A DNA stretch of 64,000 nt from an uncultured Clostridia bacterium (lineage in GTDB: Bacteria > Bacillota > Clostridia > Christensenellales > CAG-917), in NCBI GenBank assembly GCA_947625225.1, contig CANQNQ010000005.1, forward strand, positions 28,712-92,711, in the 5' to 3' direction. The notes beneath the pieces are model-generated. The model did not search any database. It worked only from the letters and a program-made list of their open reading frames with translations, and had not been told where the DNA came from. Each line of letters starts with the position of its first letter. Within the stretch, counting starts at the first letter, position 1. Positions 44,002 to 53,586 of the stretch are shown here, piece after piece. A program made the position numbers and the translations under genes.

Positions 44002-45228
44002 TCACTCCAAATTTAACTTTATAGCCCCGCTTTCGCGGATATTGAACTTAAAGACGTTCTCCTCGCCGAACATCAGCGCAAGCGCGTCGTCCACGCCCGT
44101 GCAGCACTTTTTGGCAAGCACAAGTATGGTACCCGCAAAGCCGCCGCCGTGCACTCTGCTTGCCACGACGCCCTCTATGCGTACCACGCGGTCCAGCGCG
44201 TTTTCAAGGTTGTGATTTCCGCCCGCAGGCGAATACGTATTCTGCAATTTGTACCTGGAACTGAGTCCCGAAGCGTTGACTATATCCACAAACTTGTCCT
44301 CGTCGTGGGCGTCTATCGCCCCCACCGCCTCTTCCACGCGCGCGTTTTCCTCAAAGAAATGCTCCGCGCGCAGATACGCCCTTTCGCTTACCTTGTCGCG
44401 CACGTTGCGTTTGTCGCGCTCCCACTTGTCGCGGGGGATCTCGGTAAGCAGTCTTGCGCCGAAGCAAGCCGCCACTTCCTTCATCTCCTGCGGAATTGCC
44501 GCGTAGTCGTCGGTGAGGTTGCTGTGATCCCCGCCAGTTGCGATGACAAATATGTCCAGATCGTCAAACGCCCAATGCGCCCTTTCCACAATGGGATTTT
44601 CAAAATCCTTGAAGTCTATCAGGTTTACGCCGCCAAGCGCTATGGCGCTTTGGTCCATAAGGCCGCAGGGCTTGCCGAAGAATGTGTTTTCCGCATACTG
44701 CGCCGCCTTCGCCTTGAAGATGGCGTCCAACTTGGAGTCATTGTACATGACGTTGAGTATCTCCGCAATGGCAAGCTCGAAGGAGCTGGACGAGGAAACG
44801 CCCGCCGCCTTTGGCACGGTGGAGGTCATGCAAGCCGAAAAGCCGCCCACCTTTTTGCCCGAACGCGTAAAGTAGTCCACCACTCCCTTTATCAGCGCGG
44901 CGGAAGTGCCTATCTCGCTGACGCTGAACACGGGCGCGGCGCTGTCCACGCGCAGCATGGGATAACCGTAGGATTTGACCTCTATCATACCGTCGTATCT
45001 TTCGGATACGCTTGCAAGCGTGTCGCAATTGACGGCGGCGCAAAGCACCTTGCCCCCGTTGTGGTCGGTGTGGTTGCCCACTATCTCGATGCGGCCGGGC
45101 GAGGAGTAAAAAGTGACGTCCTCGGTGTTGAAATGCTCGCGGTGCATCTTCCTTAGAGCCGCAAAGCGTTCCTGCGGGCAGGCGCCGTATACGCTCTCTA
45201 TAGAGTTTTTGCAAATATTTTGCGACAT
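44002..45228 (-). CDS. galK: Galactokinase
   Basis: GRIEIVGNHTDHNGG (galactokinase signature type) and the GHMP motif PKAAGVSSSSSFELA. It is divergent from galT. Confidence 0.9.
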   Translation of the reverse strand: MSQNICKNSIESVYGACPQERFAALRKMHREHFNTEDVTFYSSPGRIEIVGNHTDHNGGKVLCAAVNCDTLASVSERYDGMIEVKSYGYPMLRVDSAAPVFSVSEIGTSAALIKGVVDYFTRSGKKVGGFSACMTSTVPKAAGVSSSSSFELAIAEILNVMYNDSKLDAIFKAKAAQYAENTFFGKPCGLMDQSAIALGGVNLIDFKDFENPIVERAHWAFDDLDIFVIATGGDHSNLTDDYAAIPQEMKEVAACFGARLLTEIPRDKWERDKRNVRDKVSERAYLRAEHFFEENARVEEAVGAIDAHDEDKFVDIVNASGLSSRYKLQNTYSPAGGNHNLENALDRVVRIEGVVASRVHGGGFAGTILVLAKKCCTGVDDALALMFGEENVFKFNIRESGAIKLNLE

Positions 45229-45406
45229 AATATCACCTTTATAAACAATATTGCATTATATTGTAACACAGCGCGCGCGCTTTTGCAACCCCGCGCCCAT
45301 ATTTTGCCAAAAAGCGCGGATGTAGCAGTTGCAAAGCGCAAATGAGTGTGCTATGATATAGATATATTTTCAGTGTTTATGCCGCATATGGCGGCGCGGA
45401 GAAACT

Positions 45407-46951
45407 ATGTCCCGGATTTCCTACGAAGAACAAGCCAAACAAAACGTCAACAAACTGCTGGACTATGCGTCCCGTCGTCTGTATCTTGACGATTACGACC
45501 GCGTTTACGCGCAAAACGCCCTGCTGGACGCCCTCAAACTGACAGAACCCTACGATGGGCAACTCAAGCCCTACGAGTTTTACCAAGTGATGGACCAGCT
45601 GTCCGACTATGCGGTGCGCAAAAAGATAATCGACGAGCACGAAAAACTCAATTTTGAAACAAAACTGATAGGCATGGTGATGCCCGCCCCATCAAAAGTC
45701 GTGGAAATGTTTGACGATATCGCCGCCTACAATGGCGCGGAGGCGGCGCTCAACATGCTGTTCAAGCTGGGCGAGGACAGCGCCTACCTGCGCCGTCCCG
45801 ACCTCGACAAAAACATAATATGGGAGCACGACGACAACAAGCGCGGCAAGATAATCGTCACCATCAACCTCTCCAAGCCCGAAAAAACTCCCGAACAGGT
45901 CAGGCTGGCAAAGCTGGCTAAGGGCGGATATCCAAAGTGCATGCTCTGCGCGGAAAATCTCGGCTGGGCGGGCAACGCCGCAAAGCCCGCGCGCCAGACG
46001 CTGCGCACAATACCATTCGAGCTGGACGGCGAAAAGTGGTTTTTGCAATTCTCCCCCTATCAATACTTCGACCAACACGTCATCGCGATAAGCAACGAAC
46101 ATCGCCCCATGTGCGTGACGGAGGGCACGTTCAGGCGCATGCTGGACTTTGTGGACATGTTCCCACACTACTTCATCGGCTCCAACGCCGCGCTGCCCAT
46201 CGTGGGAGGCTCCATACTTGCGCACGACCACTATCAGGGCGGCAAAAAGGTACTGCCCGTGTTCGGCCGTCCCGAGCGCAGGACGTTTGTGAGTCTGAAG
46301 TACGGCAACATCAAGATATCCGTCGTGGATTGGTACAACTCCATCGTGCGGCTTGAGGGCGCCGACCGCAGCTCCCTAATCAAATGCGTCAACGCGTTCG
46401 CCAAGGCGTGGGACGAATACAGCGACCAATCCGTCGATATACTTTGCTGCACGCAGCAGGACGGCGAGCGCGTACAGCATAACGCCATCACCCCCATCGC
46501 GTCCAAAAACGAGAGGGGCGAGTATCAATTCAACCTGATACTTCGCAACAACCGCACCGACGAAAAGCACCCATACGGCATCTTCCATCCCGCCGAGGAG
46601 CTGCACAACATCAAGCAGGAGGCGATTGGCATCATAGAGGTGATGGGGCTGTTCATCCTGCCCGGCAGGCTGGCGCGTGAGTGCGAACAGATAAAGGACA
46701 TCCTGACAGGCAAGACTCCTCTGGATCTGAGGAGCATTGCGGGGGACGACCATCCGCTTCACAAGCATCTGGGCATGATCTCTCAGCTGGCTGTGGATCA
46801 CGGCACGTCCTGCACGGAATCGCAGGCGGAAAACGGCATAACCGCCTACATCAACACCGCTTGCGAAAGGATACTTGACACCACCGCCGTGTTCAAAAAC
46901 GACGAGAAGGGTCAGCAGGCGTTCGACAAGTTTATAAACTCCGTCATCTGA
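45407..46951 (+). CDS. galT: Galactose-1-phosphate uridylyltransferase, type 2 (Firmicute-type, about 500 aa)
   Basis: 514 aa. The N-terminal region and the HDHYQGG context are typical of class II GalT. GGAGAAAC SD. Confidence 0.88.
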   Translation: MSRISYEEQAKQNVNKLLDYASRRLYLDDYDRVYAQNALLDALKLTEPYDGQLKPYEFYQVMDQLSDYAVRKKIIDEHEKLNFETKLIGMVMPAPSKVVEMFDDIAAYNGAEAALNMLFKLGEDSAYLRRPDLDKNIIWEHDDNKRGKIIVTINLSKPEKTPEQVRLAKLAKGGYPKCMLCAENLGWAGNAAKPARQTLRTIPFELDGEKWFLQFSPYQYFDQHVIAISNEHRPMCVTEGTFRRMLDFVDMFPHYFIGSNAALPIVGGSILAHDHYQGGKKVLPVFGRPERRTFVSLKYGNIKISVVDWYNSIVRLEGADRSSLIKCVNAFAKAWDEYSDQSVDILCCTQQDGERVQHNAITPIASKNERGEYQFNLILRNNRTDEKHPYGIFHPAEELHNIKQEAIGIIEVMGLFILPGRLARECEQIKDILTGKTPLDLRSIAGDDHPLHKHLGMISQLAVDHGTSCTESQAENGITAYINTACERILDTTAVFKNDEKGQQAFDKFINSVI

Positions 46952-46965
46952 CAAAAAACGCGATA

Positions 46966-47017
46966 CAAAAAACCGCATACATATATCATTTTTGATACCT
47001 GTATGCGGTTTTTTTTA
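46966..47017. terminator. Bidirectional terminator between galT and recR
   Basis: An 11-bp stem pairs AACCGCATACA (46971-46981) with TGTATGCGGTT (47000-47010), flanked by A and T runs. Confidence 0.8.
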
Positions 47018-47035
47018 TTTTAAGGCTGCTTTTTT

Positions 47036-47620
47036 TTATAATTCCGTTCTGCTGGACAGCGCGCGGGATAGGGTGCTTTCGTCCGCGTACTCTATCACGC
47101 TGCCCTCCGGCAGACCGCGTGCGATACGCGTGCATTTGATCCCCAGCGGCTTTATAAGTTTTGCGATGTACATGGCGGTCGCCTCGCCCTCAACGTCGGG
47201 ATTGGTGGCAAGTATCACCTCTTCCACCCCGTCAAGGCGCGCAAGCAATTCCTTTATGCGTATGTCGGACGGACCTATATGCTCAAGCGGCGAGATCACC
47301 CCGCCCAAAACGTGGTACACGCCCTTGAAGTCCTTCACCTTTTCAAGCGCAACGATGTCGCGCGGCTCCTTGACGACGCAAATTATCTGTTTGGAGCGCG
47401 TCGCGCAGATGTCGCACACCTCGTTTTCGGTGTAGTTGCCGCATTCCTTGCAAAAATGCACTTCCCGCTTTACGGAAAGTATGGCGTCAGCAAGCTGCTG
47501 CACCTCTTCCTCAGGCGAGTTGAGTATGGCGTAAGCATACCTTGCGGCGGTCTTTTCGCCGACAGACGGCAATTTTGTAAGCTCCGCGATGAGTCGCGCA
47601 AGCGGTTCGATATATCTCAT
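47036..47620 (-). CDS. recR: Recombination protein RecR
   Basis: HhH motif ([13 protein letters not shown]), C4 zinc finger [16 protein letters not shown] and Toprim [14 protein letters not shown]. Confidence 0.95.
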   Translation of the reverse strand: MRYIEPLARLIAELTKLPSVGEKTAARYAYAILNSPEEEVQQLADAILSVKREVHFCKECGNYTENEVCDICATRSKQIICVVKEPRDIVALEKVKDFKGVYHVLGGVISPLEHIGPSDIRIKELLARLDGVEEVILATNPDVEGEATAMYIAKLIKPLGIKCTRIARGLPEGSVIEYADESTLSRALSSRTEL

Positions 47621-47621
47621 A

Positions 47622-47945
47622 TCACATCAACCCTGCCGCGCCGCCGAGGGGACCGAGCAACTCCTTGCTGAGATCGTCCGCCTGTTTCATGGCGTCGTTA
47701 AGCGCCGCAAGCACCATATCCTCAAGCATCTCGACGTCCTCGGGATCCACTGCCTCGGGCTTGATGTTTACCGCAACGGGGGTCTTGTCGCCCATTATGG
47801 TGACTTCGACCATGCCGCCCGCCGCCGAACCCGTAAGCTCGGTCTCCGCGATCTGTTGCTGAGCCTCCTGCAACTTGCGTTGCATCTGCTGTGCCTGCCT
47901 CATCAGCTGCTGCATGTTTCCGCCGCCAAATCCGCCGTATGCCAT
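47622..47945 (-). CDS. ybaB: Nucleoid-associated protein YbaB/EbfC
   Basis: I moved the start to ATG 47945, which has GGAGG upstream. [31 protein letters not shown] is typical. It sits between dnaX and recR. Confidence 0.92.
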   Translation of the reverse strand: MAYGGFGGGNMQQLMRQAQQMQRKLQEAQQQIAETELTGSAAGGMVEVTIMGDKTPVAVNIKPEAVDPEDVEMLEDMVLAALNDAMKQADDLSKELLGPLGGAAGLM

Positions 47946-48001
47946 ATATTTTACCTCCGATTTTTCCACCCCATATGCCAAAAACGCAATGGGCGATGTA
48001 T

Positions 48002-49498
48002 TTATTTTATTTCAAGCAGCGTGCCGAACATATCCTTAAGGTATGGCGCCGCGCTGTCTTCGTCAAGACTTTGCTGTTGCTTTAGTTTCAACGCGCGCCC
48101 CGCTGCCTCTTTGGTCTCTGCAAACGCCTTGTTGAGGGCGTCCCTGTTTGCCTTGTCCGACAGGATGCCATACGTTGCGCTGTCGGGGACGAGCACGCTG
48201 AATTCGCTGTCCGTCATCTCCAGCTTGCAATCCTGCACGGTCATGGCGATAAGTCCATAGCCCATCGCGCTCAACCTGGACGCTACGTGTACCCAAACCT
48301 GCCTCGCGTCCATTATGGCAGGTCGGGAATTAAAATCCGATTTTTTAAGCGTCGCCAGCTGTTTTTCGAGTTTGGCGATCCTCAACGCCATCTCGTCCGC
48401 CTTGACGTCCCCTTCGTTGAGACACGCCTGCACCACCGCGCCCTCAAACAGCACCCTGTGCTGCGAGGTGTAGCGCAACTCGCCCTCCAGCTTGCTCATC
48501 AGCTTCATTATGGACAAACACCTTGCGGAGGAATACTTGTCCGCAAGCGTCTTGAGCCCCGCGTATATCTCCTCGGGCAGGTTGAGCAATTTGTTTGCCT
48601 GAGTGCAGTTTTTGATGTACAACACGTTTCTGAACAGCTCCGCGAGGTCCTTTGCCAGCATGCTTACGCTCTTGCCAAGGTCGCACAGTTCCGACACGCG
48701 CACCAGCGCGCCGTCCACATCCCCTTCCGCGATGCACACGGCAAGCTCCCTCAGCTTTTTGGGATCGGACGCGCCCAGCACCTCCAGCACGCCGCCGTAG
48801 GTGACGTTGCCGTTGCAGTAGCTTACGCACATATCCGCAAGCGACAACGCGTCGCGCACGCTGCCCGCTCCGGACGCCGCGATGAGTCCGACCGCCTCGT
48901 TTTCGTATTTTACGCCTATGTCGTCAAATATAAACTTTATCCTCTCCGCAATGACCGCCTGCGGGACAAGTTTGAAGTCAAAACGCAGACAGCGCGAAAG
49001 TATAGTTGCGGGGATCTTGTGGATCTCGGTGGTGGCAAGGATAAAGATGGCGTGCTGAGGCGGCTCCTCCAGCGTTTTAAGGAGAGCGTTGAACGCCGCG
49101 GTGGACAACATGTGGACTTCGTCCACGATGTACACCTTGTACCTGCCAACCGTGGGCGGAAAGCCTATCTTGTCGGTGATCTCCCTTATCTGCTCCACGG
49201 AGTTGTTGGAGGCGGCGTCAAGCTCCAGTATATCAAAGTTGTTGCTGCTTGCCAGCTCCACGCAATTTTCGCATTTGCCGCAGGGCGAGCCGTCCACGGG
49301 ATGTAAGCAGTTGACCGCGCGCGCAAAAATCTTGGCGACGGACGTTTTGCCCGTGCCGCGCGTCCCCGTGAAGATGTAGGCGTGCCCGACGCTGTCGGAA
49401 AGTATCTGATTTTTCAGCGTCCTCACGATGCAGTCCTGACCGATGACCTTGTCAAAGGTGTCGGGACGGTATTTTCTGTATAAAGAAGTGTATGCCAT
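48002..49498 (-). CDS. dnaX: DNA polymerase III subunit gamma/tau
   Basis: [21 protein letters not shown].., Walker [10 protein letters not shown] and DEVHML. The conserved N-terminus fixes ATG 49498 as the start. No SD. Confidence 0.95.
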   Translation of the reverse strand: MAYTSLYRKYRPDTFDKVIGQDCIVRTLKNQILSDSVGHAYIFTGTRGTGKTSVAKIFARAVNCLHPVDGSPCGKCENCVELASSNNFDILELDAASNNSVEQIREITDKIGFPPTVGRYKVYIVDEVHMLSTAAFNALLKTLEEPPQHAIFILATTEIHKIPATILSRCLRFDFKLVPQAVIAERIKFIFDDIGVKYENEAVGLIAASGAGSVRDALSLADMCVSYCNGNVTYGGVLEVLGASDPKKLRELAVCIAEGDVDGALVRVSELCDLGKSVSMLAKDLAELFRNVLYIKNCTQANKLLNLPEEIYAGLKTLADKYSSARCLSIMKLMSKLEGELRYTSQHRVLFEGAVVQACLNEGDVKADEMALRIAKLEKQLATLKKSDFNSRPAIMDARQVWVHVASRLSAMGYGLIAMTVQDCKLEMTDSEFSVLVPDSATYGILSDKANRDALNKAFAETKEAAGRALKLKQQQSLDEDSAAPYLKDMFGTLLEIK

Positions 49499-49505
49499 AG
49501 ATGAT

Positions 49506-49534
49506 ATTATACATTAAAAACCCGCCGCTTGCAA
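49506..49534 (-). promoter_or_regulatory. Putative dnaX promoter placed for a leaderless mRNA
   Basis: The minus strand reads TTGCAA (49534-49529), a 17-nt spacer, then TATAAT (49511-49506), followed by 7 nt (ATCATCT) and ATG 49498. Confidence 0.55.
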
Positions 49535-49563
49535 CACTTTATTTATATTTACATACTTATATC

Positions 49564-49590
49564 AAAAACAGGCGGAAAAGCCCCGCCGTC
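49564..49590 (-). terminator. Intrinsic terminator after the SPOR-like gene
   Basis: GGCGG (49571-49575) pairs with CCGCC (49583-49587). The minus strand continues TGTTTTT. Confidence 0.55.
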
Positions 49591-49615
49591 TCAAAAATTC
49601 GTATACATTTTCCCG

Positions 49616-50338
49616 CTATATCCTTTCCATAAGCGCGCTTCTGGACAGCGCAAGTTGGGTCAGCGCGTAGCGTATGGACGCGGCGCACGCCGCCCTGTCC
49701 CCGTCAAACTCTATGTTGTCAATAAGCGCAAGCGCGGTGATCAGCGCCACCTTTATCTCGGTCACTTCGGCAAGGTCGCTCGAATTGGTCTTTTCGTAAA
49801 ATCGGGACTTTATATCCACAATTTTGCCATATAAAACCTTGATACGCGTGTTTACGTCGGTTATGTCCGCGTTCATGGTGTTGAGGTCGTTGCCGCATTC
49901 GTACAGCGCGTCAAAGGCCGTCTTGTAGTAGGTCAGCGCGTCTAAAACGGCGTCCTTCAGTTCCCCCGCCCACTTCAGCTTGCTGTTGGGTATGCGTATC
50001 TCGCTTACATACGCGCTGCCATCGCCCACTGCGGCGCGAACTCTGTCGGCGGTGGCGCTGTCGGGATACACGGCGTAGATTATCTCGTAGTTCTCCCCGT
50101 CCTTGCGCACGTAGCCCGCTCCGCCGCGACTCTTTATAAGCTCGGAAGTGGTGCGCGCAAGCGTGATGTCATCGTAGCCGCCCACAGCCACTGCGTATAC
50201 GCTTTCGCCGTCCACGGCGCTGCCAAATACGCCAAGTATGCCCTCGCCGGAAAACGCGAAGCACAGCCCCAGCGTCAGCGCGAAGCACAACGCCACGGCG
50301 CATATCACCAACACGTTTTCCTTGCCGCCCTTTTGCAT
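49616..50338 (-). CDS. Membrane protein with a SPOR-like (peptidoglycan-binding) domain
   Basis: I moved the start to ATG 50338. The ORF-track TTG at 50431 lies inside the upstream terminator hairpin. An N-terminal TM segment is present. YAVAVGGYDDITLARTTSELIKSRGGAGYVRKDGENYEIIYAVYPDSATADRVRAAV resembles a SPOR repeat. Confidence 0.6.
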   Translation of the reverse strand: MQKGGKENVLVICAVALCFALTLGLCFAFSGEGILGVFGSAVDGESVYAVAVGGYDDITLARTTSELIKSRGGAGYVRKDGENYEIIYAVYPDSATADRVRAAVGDGSAYVSEIRIPNSKLKWAGELKDAVLDALTYYKTAFDALYECGNDLNTMNADITDVNTRIKVLYGKIVDIKSRFYEKTNSSDLAEVTEIKVALITALALIDNIEFDGDRAACAASIRYALTQLALSRSALMERI

Positions 50339-50400
50339 ATTCAAGCATATGCTCCGCCCCGATTTGTCATTCCGCGGCAATATAAATATCTTAAAACAAG

Positions 50401-50441
50401 TAAAAATATCGCCGAAATTTGCAACTTGCAAACTTCGGCGA
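50401..50441 (-). terminator. Strong intrinsic terminator after the large lipoprotein gene
   Basis: A 16-bp stem with one mismatch pairs TCGCCGAAATTTGCAA (50409-50424) with TTGCAAACTTCGGCGA (50426-50441). On the minus strand it is followed by TATTTTT. Confidence 0.8.
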
Positions 50442-50464
50442 ATGTGATGACGTGCTTGTACGGT

Positions 50465-53221
50465 TCAGTTTGTTTGTGTTGGATAATTTATGCTCACTCC
50501 GTCCGAACACACCACGGTGAACGAGATATGTTTTTCAACAAAATTGTAGTCCTCGTCATAGTCATGATAAGTGCACCAGCTGTTCGCATCGGCTCTTTCC
50601 GCAAAGGCATTCCACTCGGTTGAAGTACCGGCATAATTCAATGTTTCTAGCGACTCACAGCCGATGAGCCAAGCATTGCTTACCGACTCAAGCGACTTTG
50701 GCAAATTGATTGTCTTAAGTTTGCTGCAATTCTGGAACACATAGCTTTCTATTTTCTTCACGCCTTCGGGGATAGTAACGGACGTCATCCGGCACTCCGA
50801 AAACGCATTGATGCCAATTATTGTGACATTGACGGTGTTGCCGTCTATCTCGACCTTATCGGGGACGACTATAGAAGCGGGAGAAGAGGCGTCAAAGCAA
50901 TATTTGACAAGCGTCGCTCCGTCTGAGTTAAGCTCGTATCTGAAGCCCGGCTTTTCGATATATCTGAAGCGTACGAATCCGTTTTCAAACTGTTTGTCCA
51001 CCAAACTTCCCTCTTCGCCGTACTTGCTTATATAGTTTTCCGGTCCGCCGTAAACTTCATATGTCGGATCGTTTGCCTCCTCGACAGTGCAAAATGCGAA
51101 AATGTTGTAACGATTAGTATCGTTTTCGCCCAAAGAGTACGTGAATGATTCGCCGCTTTCTGCGGTCGCTGCGGGGTCATATTTATATTTATAGTTTGTA
51201 CTGACGGCAAAATTCATTGTAACAAATGACGTGCCGTGTGCAACGGTATCCAGCATGTATTCCCGACGAGTCTCGGACAGAGATTGTGGGATCTCGGCTT
51301 TGAGGATCGTGTTTTGATAATATGCTTGCCACTCTTCTCCGCTCGGATAGCCGGAATATATTCTGTTGCCGACGACTTTCATAGTATCTTTATAACCTTC
51401 CGGATCACAATTTACCCAATAATCGCGGTTAGCCTGCGCGTCTGCTTCGCTTTTGAAGAAATATATCATACCGCCCGCTTCATCCTCGCCGTTTGTAGCG
51501 TAAATGTCGATATAGCCCAACAATTTTACACCGCTGGGATCGGACTCTCCGTCTTTTGAGTAAGGCACGATCAATGAACTTTCGTATCCATTCTGTTTGC
51601 CCATAGTGTAGACATATCCGATGAGGTGCTTCAATTCCTCTTCGGGCAACACTTCATAAATACTGCCCGCCTCAAATTGGCGCTGTTCGGATACGGAATA
51701 TTCCAACGTCTTGCCGCCTTGGCACTCGACGGTAAATGTGATGTGGGTCTCAATGGGGTTGTCATCCTCATCATAATCAGACAGAACGCACCAGCTGCCC
51801 GCGTTGGGATACATTTCTTTCCACTCGGCCTCGCTGCCGGCGAAATGTATCTTTTCAAGCTTTTCATTGCTGTACATAGTGAGACTGTCGTTCGCGGGCA
51901 ATGTAATTTCTTTAACGTTGCCATAAACTTCGACTTCTTCCGCGCCGTCCGAGACGATCAATGAATTCAAAACTTCCGAATTATTGTTTGTACCTATCCT
52001 TATGGTAGCACTGTCGATGTCAACGCCCGCAAGATTGCTCGGCGTGGTGACCTCTTCGGGGAGCTTGGTATAATAATATTCCGCGTAGTATTTTCCCGTG
52101 GCAGTATACACTACCTTTTGATTTTCATAGTCATATCTTGATTGCAGAACTTCGCCCACATGCCAACCCGGTTTGTGCGTATATTTGACATGGTAATAGC
52201 CGTTTTCTTCGTCTATATCGAAAAAGCTGCCCTCCGCCATGTTGTTTTCAAAGAACCTTTGCATATCCACCAAATTGAGATCCGTGTGAATATCGTCGTC
52301 TACGATCTTGTTGTACATTTCATACGATTCACAATTGCCATTGGCGGGTGTGGTGTACCATTGAACGCCGGGGAGACCGATATTCAAAAACGCCCACGCC
52401 TCACCCTTTTTGAGACATGTATGCAGTTTTTCCATGTATAATGCAAGCATTTCATCGGAAAAATAGGAAGATCCTTCGACTTTCTCGGCTTTCATCGCCT
52501 CTTGATAGCGCTCATAGCTGCCGTCAATAACGACCACGTTGCCGTCGAGCACAATCTCTTCAGGCTCATAATAGTCCTTTTGGCTGTCGTAAAATTGTTG
52601 CGCTTTCTCTTCGTCCTGGAATATTGCGCAATAAATAGTCGCGCTCTCGCCGTTCTTCAATTCCAAGGAAAACGTAATTCCCATCTGATATCCGAATGAC
52701 GTATCAAACAATCCGCTATCCTTTGCCAACGGCGTAACATAATAAATGTAAAAGCTGTCTCCCTCTACACCTTCTGTTTCTGCCTGCCCGCTCTCATACA
52801 AATACAAAAAGTAGTACAACAGTTTGTCAAGCGTATCGCCGGATCTGTCCATCATTGCTTTCATCTCGGGATATGAACCGTCGTTCTCTATCCACTGAGC
52901 GACGTACTTTGCGTCGGCGGTCACGGAGATCTCTGTTCCGCCCGCGAGAAGTTCACCCTCTCCGTTCAACTTCCAGCCCTCGAAAGTATGTCCTTCCCAA
53001 GCGGGCAATTTGTCCGCTGTGGGCAAATTTGATTTTCCGTCCTTCTCCACCTTCACGGGGTCGGGAGCGTTGCCCTCTCCTTGATATGAGCCAAGGTCAA
53101 AACTGACGGTATAAGTTTCGCTTTTTTTACCGTCCCCATTTCCGTTGCACGCTACAAAGACGCATGCGCACAGCACAGCTATCAGCAATACGCATGCTGT
53201 CAATACAAATTTTTTCTTCAT
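50465..53221 (-). CDS. 918-aa surface lipoprotein: N-terminal Listeria-Bacteroides-type repeat, then two tandem modules of about 400 aa each ending in BspA-type leucine-rich repeats
   Basis: I moved the start to ATG 53221, which has AAGGAG upstream. Lipobox VFVAC. YTVSFDLGS..GHTFEGWKLNG..AKYVAQW resembles an Flg_new repeat. IIGINAFSECRMTSVTIPEGVKKIESYVFQNCSKLKTINLP is BspA-like LRR. The region has lower GC than its flanks. Confidence 0.85.
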   Translation of the reverse strand: MKKKFVLTACVLLIAVLCACVFVACNGNGDGKKSETYTVSFDLGSYQGEGNAPDPVKVEKDGKSNLPTADKLPAWEGHTFEGWKLNGEGELLAGGTEISVTADAKYVAQWIENDGSYPEMKAMMDRSGDTLDKLLYYFLYLYESGQAETEGVEGDSFYIYYVTPLAKDSGLFDTSFGYQMGITFSLELKNGESATIYCAIFQDEEKAQQFYDSQKDYYEPEEIVLDGNVVVIDGSYERYQEAMKAEKVEGSSYFSDEMLALYMEKLHTCLKKGEAWAFLNIGLPGVQWYTTPANGNCESYEMYNKIVDDDIHTDLNLVDMQRFFENNMAEGSFFDIDEENGYYHVKYTHKPGWHVGEVLQSRYDYENQKVVYTATGKYYAEYYYTKLPEEVTTPSNLAGVDIDSATIRIGTNNNSEVLNSLIVSDGAEEVEVYGNVKEITLPANDSLTMYSNEKLEKIHFAGSEAEWKEMYPNAGSWCVLSDYDEDDNPIETHITFTVECQGGKTLEYSVSEQRQFEAGSIYEVLPEEELKHLIGYVYTMGKQNGYESSLIVPYSKDGESDPSGVKLLGYIDIYATNGEDEAGGMIYFFKSEADAQANRDYWVNCDPEGYKDTMKVVGNRIYSGYPSGEEWQAYYQNTILKAEIPQSLSETRREYMLDTVAHGTSFVTMNFAVSTNYKYKYDPAATAESGESFTYSLGENDTNRYNIFAFCTVEEANDPTYEVYGGPENYISKYGEEGSLVDKQFENGFVRFRYIEKPGFRYELNSDGATLVKYCFDASSPASIVVPDKVEIDGNTVNVTIIGINAFSECRMTSVTIPEGVKKIESYVFQNCSKLKTINLPKSLESVSNAWLIGCESLETLNYAGTSTEWNAFAERADANSWCTYHDYDEDYNFVEKHISFTVVCSDGVSINYPTQTN

Positions 53222-53280
53222 GTTTGCCACTCCTTATGATGTAATTTGCGAGCATAGCTCAACGATAGGAATTATTATAG

Positions 53281-53317
53281 CTACACAAAATATCTAGTGT
53301 CAAGACATTTTGTGTAG
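53281..53317. promoter_or_regulatory. Perfect 11-bp inverted repeat CTACACAAAAT-N15-ATTTTGTGTAG in the divergent lipoprotein/XRE intergenic region
   Basis: Read directly from the sequence at 53281-53291 and 53307-53317. It overlaps the putative -35 region of the XRE gene. Confidence 0.5.
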
Positions 53318-53336
53318 TTTGACCTAATATTTTTGT

Positions 53337-53543
53337 ATGGATAAAAAATTTTGTCACAATTTGAAAATTGCCAGACAAAGCGCCGGGCTCACTCAAAAAC
53401 AGGTCTCCTTGCAACTCCATGTGGTTGAAAGCTGTTATGCCAATTGGGAACAGGGACGTACCGAGCCAAATATTGAAATGTTGCGCAAATTGGGAAACAT
53501 CTTCAACATATCTTTGGAGGACCTAATAAACGACGAATTGTAA
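53337..53543 (+). CDS. Small XRE-family (HTH_3) transcriptional regulator, 68 aa
   Basis: The HTH reads LTQKQVSLQLHVVESCYANWEQG. There is no SD, and TAATAT (53325-53330) lies 6 nt upstream of the ATG. AT-rich. Confidence 0.85.
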   Translation: MDKKFCHNLKIARQSAGLTQKQVSLQLHVVESCYANWEQGRTEPNIEMLRKLGNIFNISLEDLINDEL

Positions 53544-53586
53544 AAAAGCGGTTTATTCAAAATTTATCTGAAAATTGATTATAAGA

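Noticed and set aside
45229-45406. Possible GalR/LacI or cre operator in the galK-galT divergent region
   Set aside because: I found no convincing TGNAANCGNTTNCA-type palindrome by eye, and no regulator gene is adjacent. I leave it unannotated.
49499-49615. I looked for SRP RNA (scRNA/ffs) upstream of dnaX, as in Bacillus
   Set aside because: The 117-nt gap holds only a terminator and a promoter. There is no conserved SRP domain IV-like helix and there is too little space.
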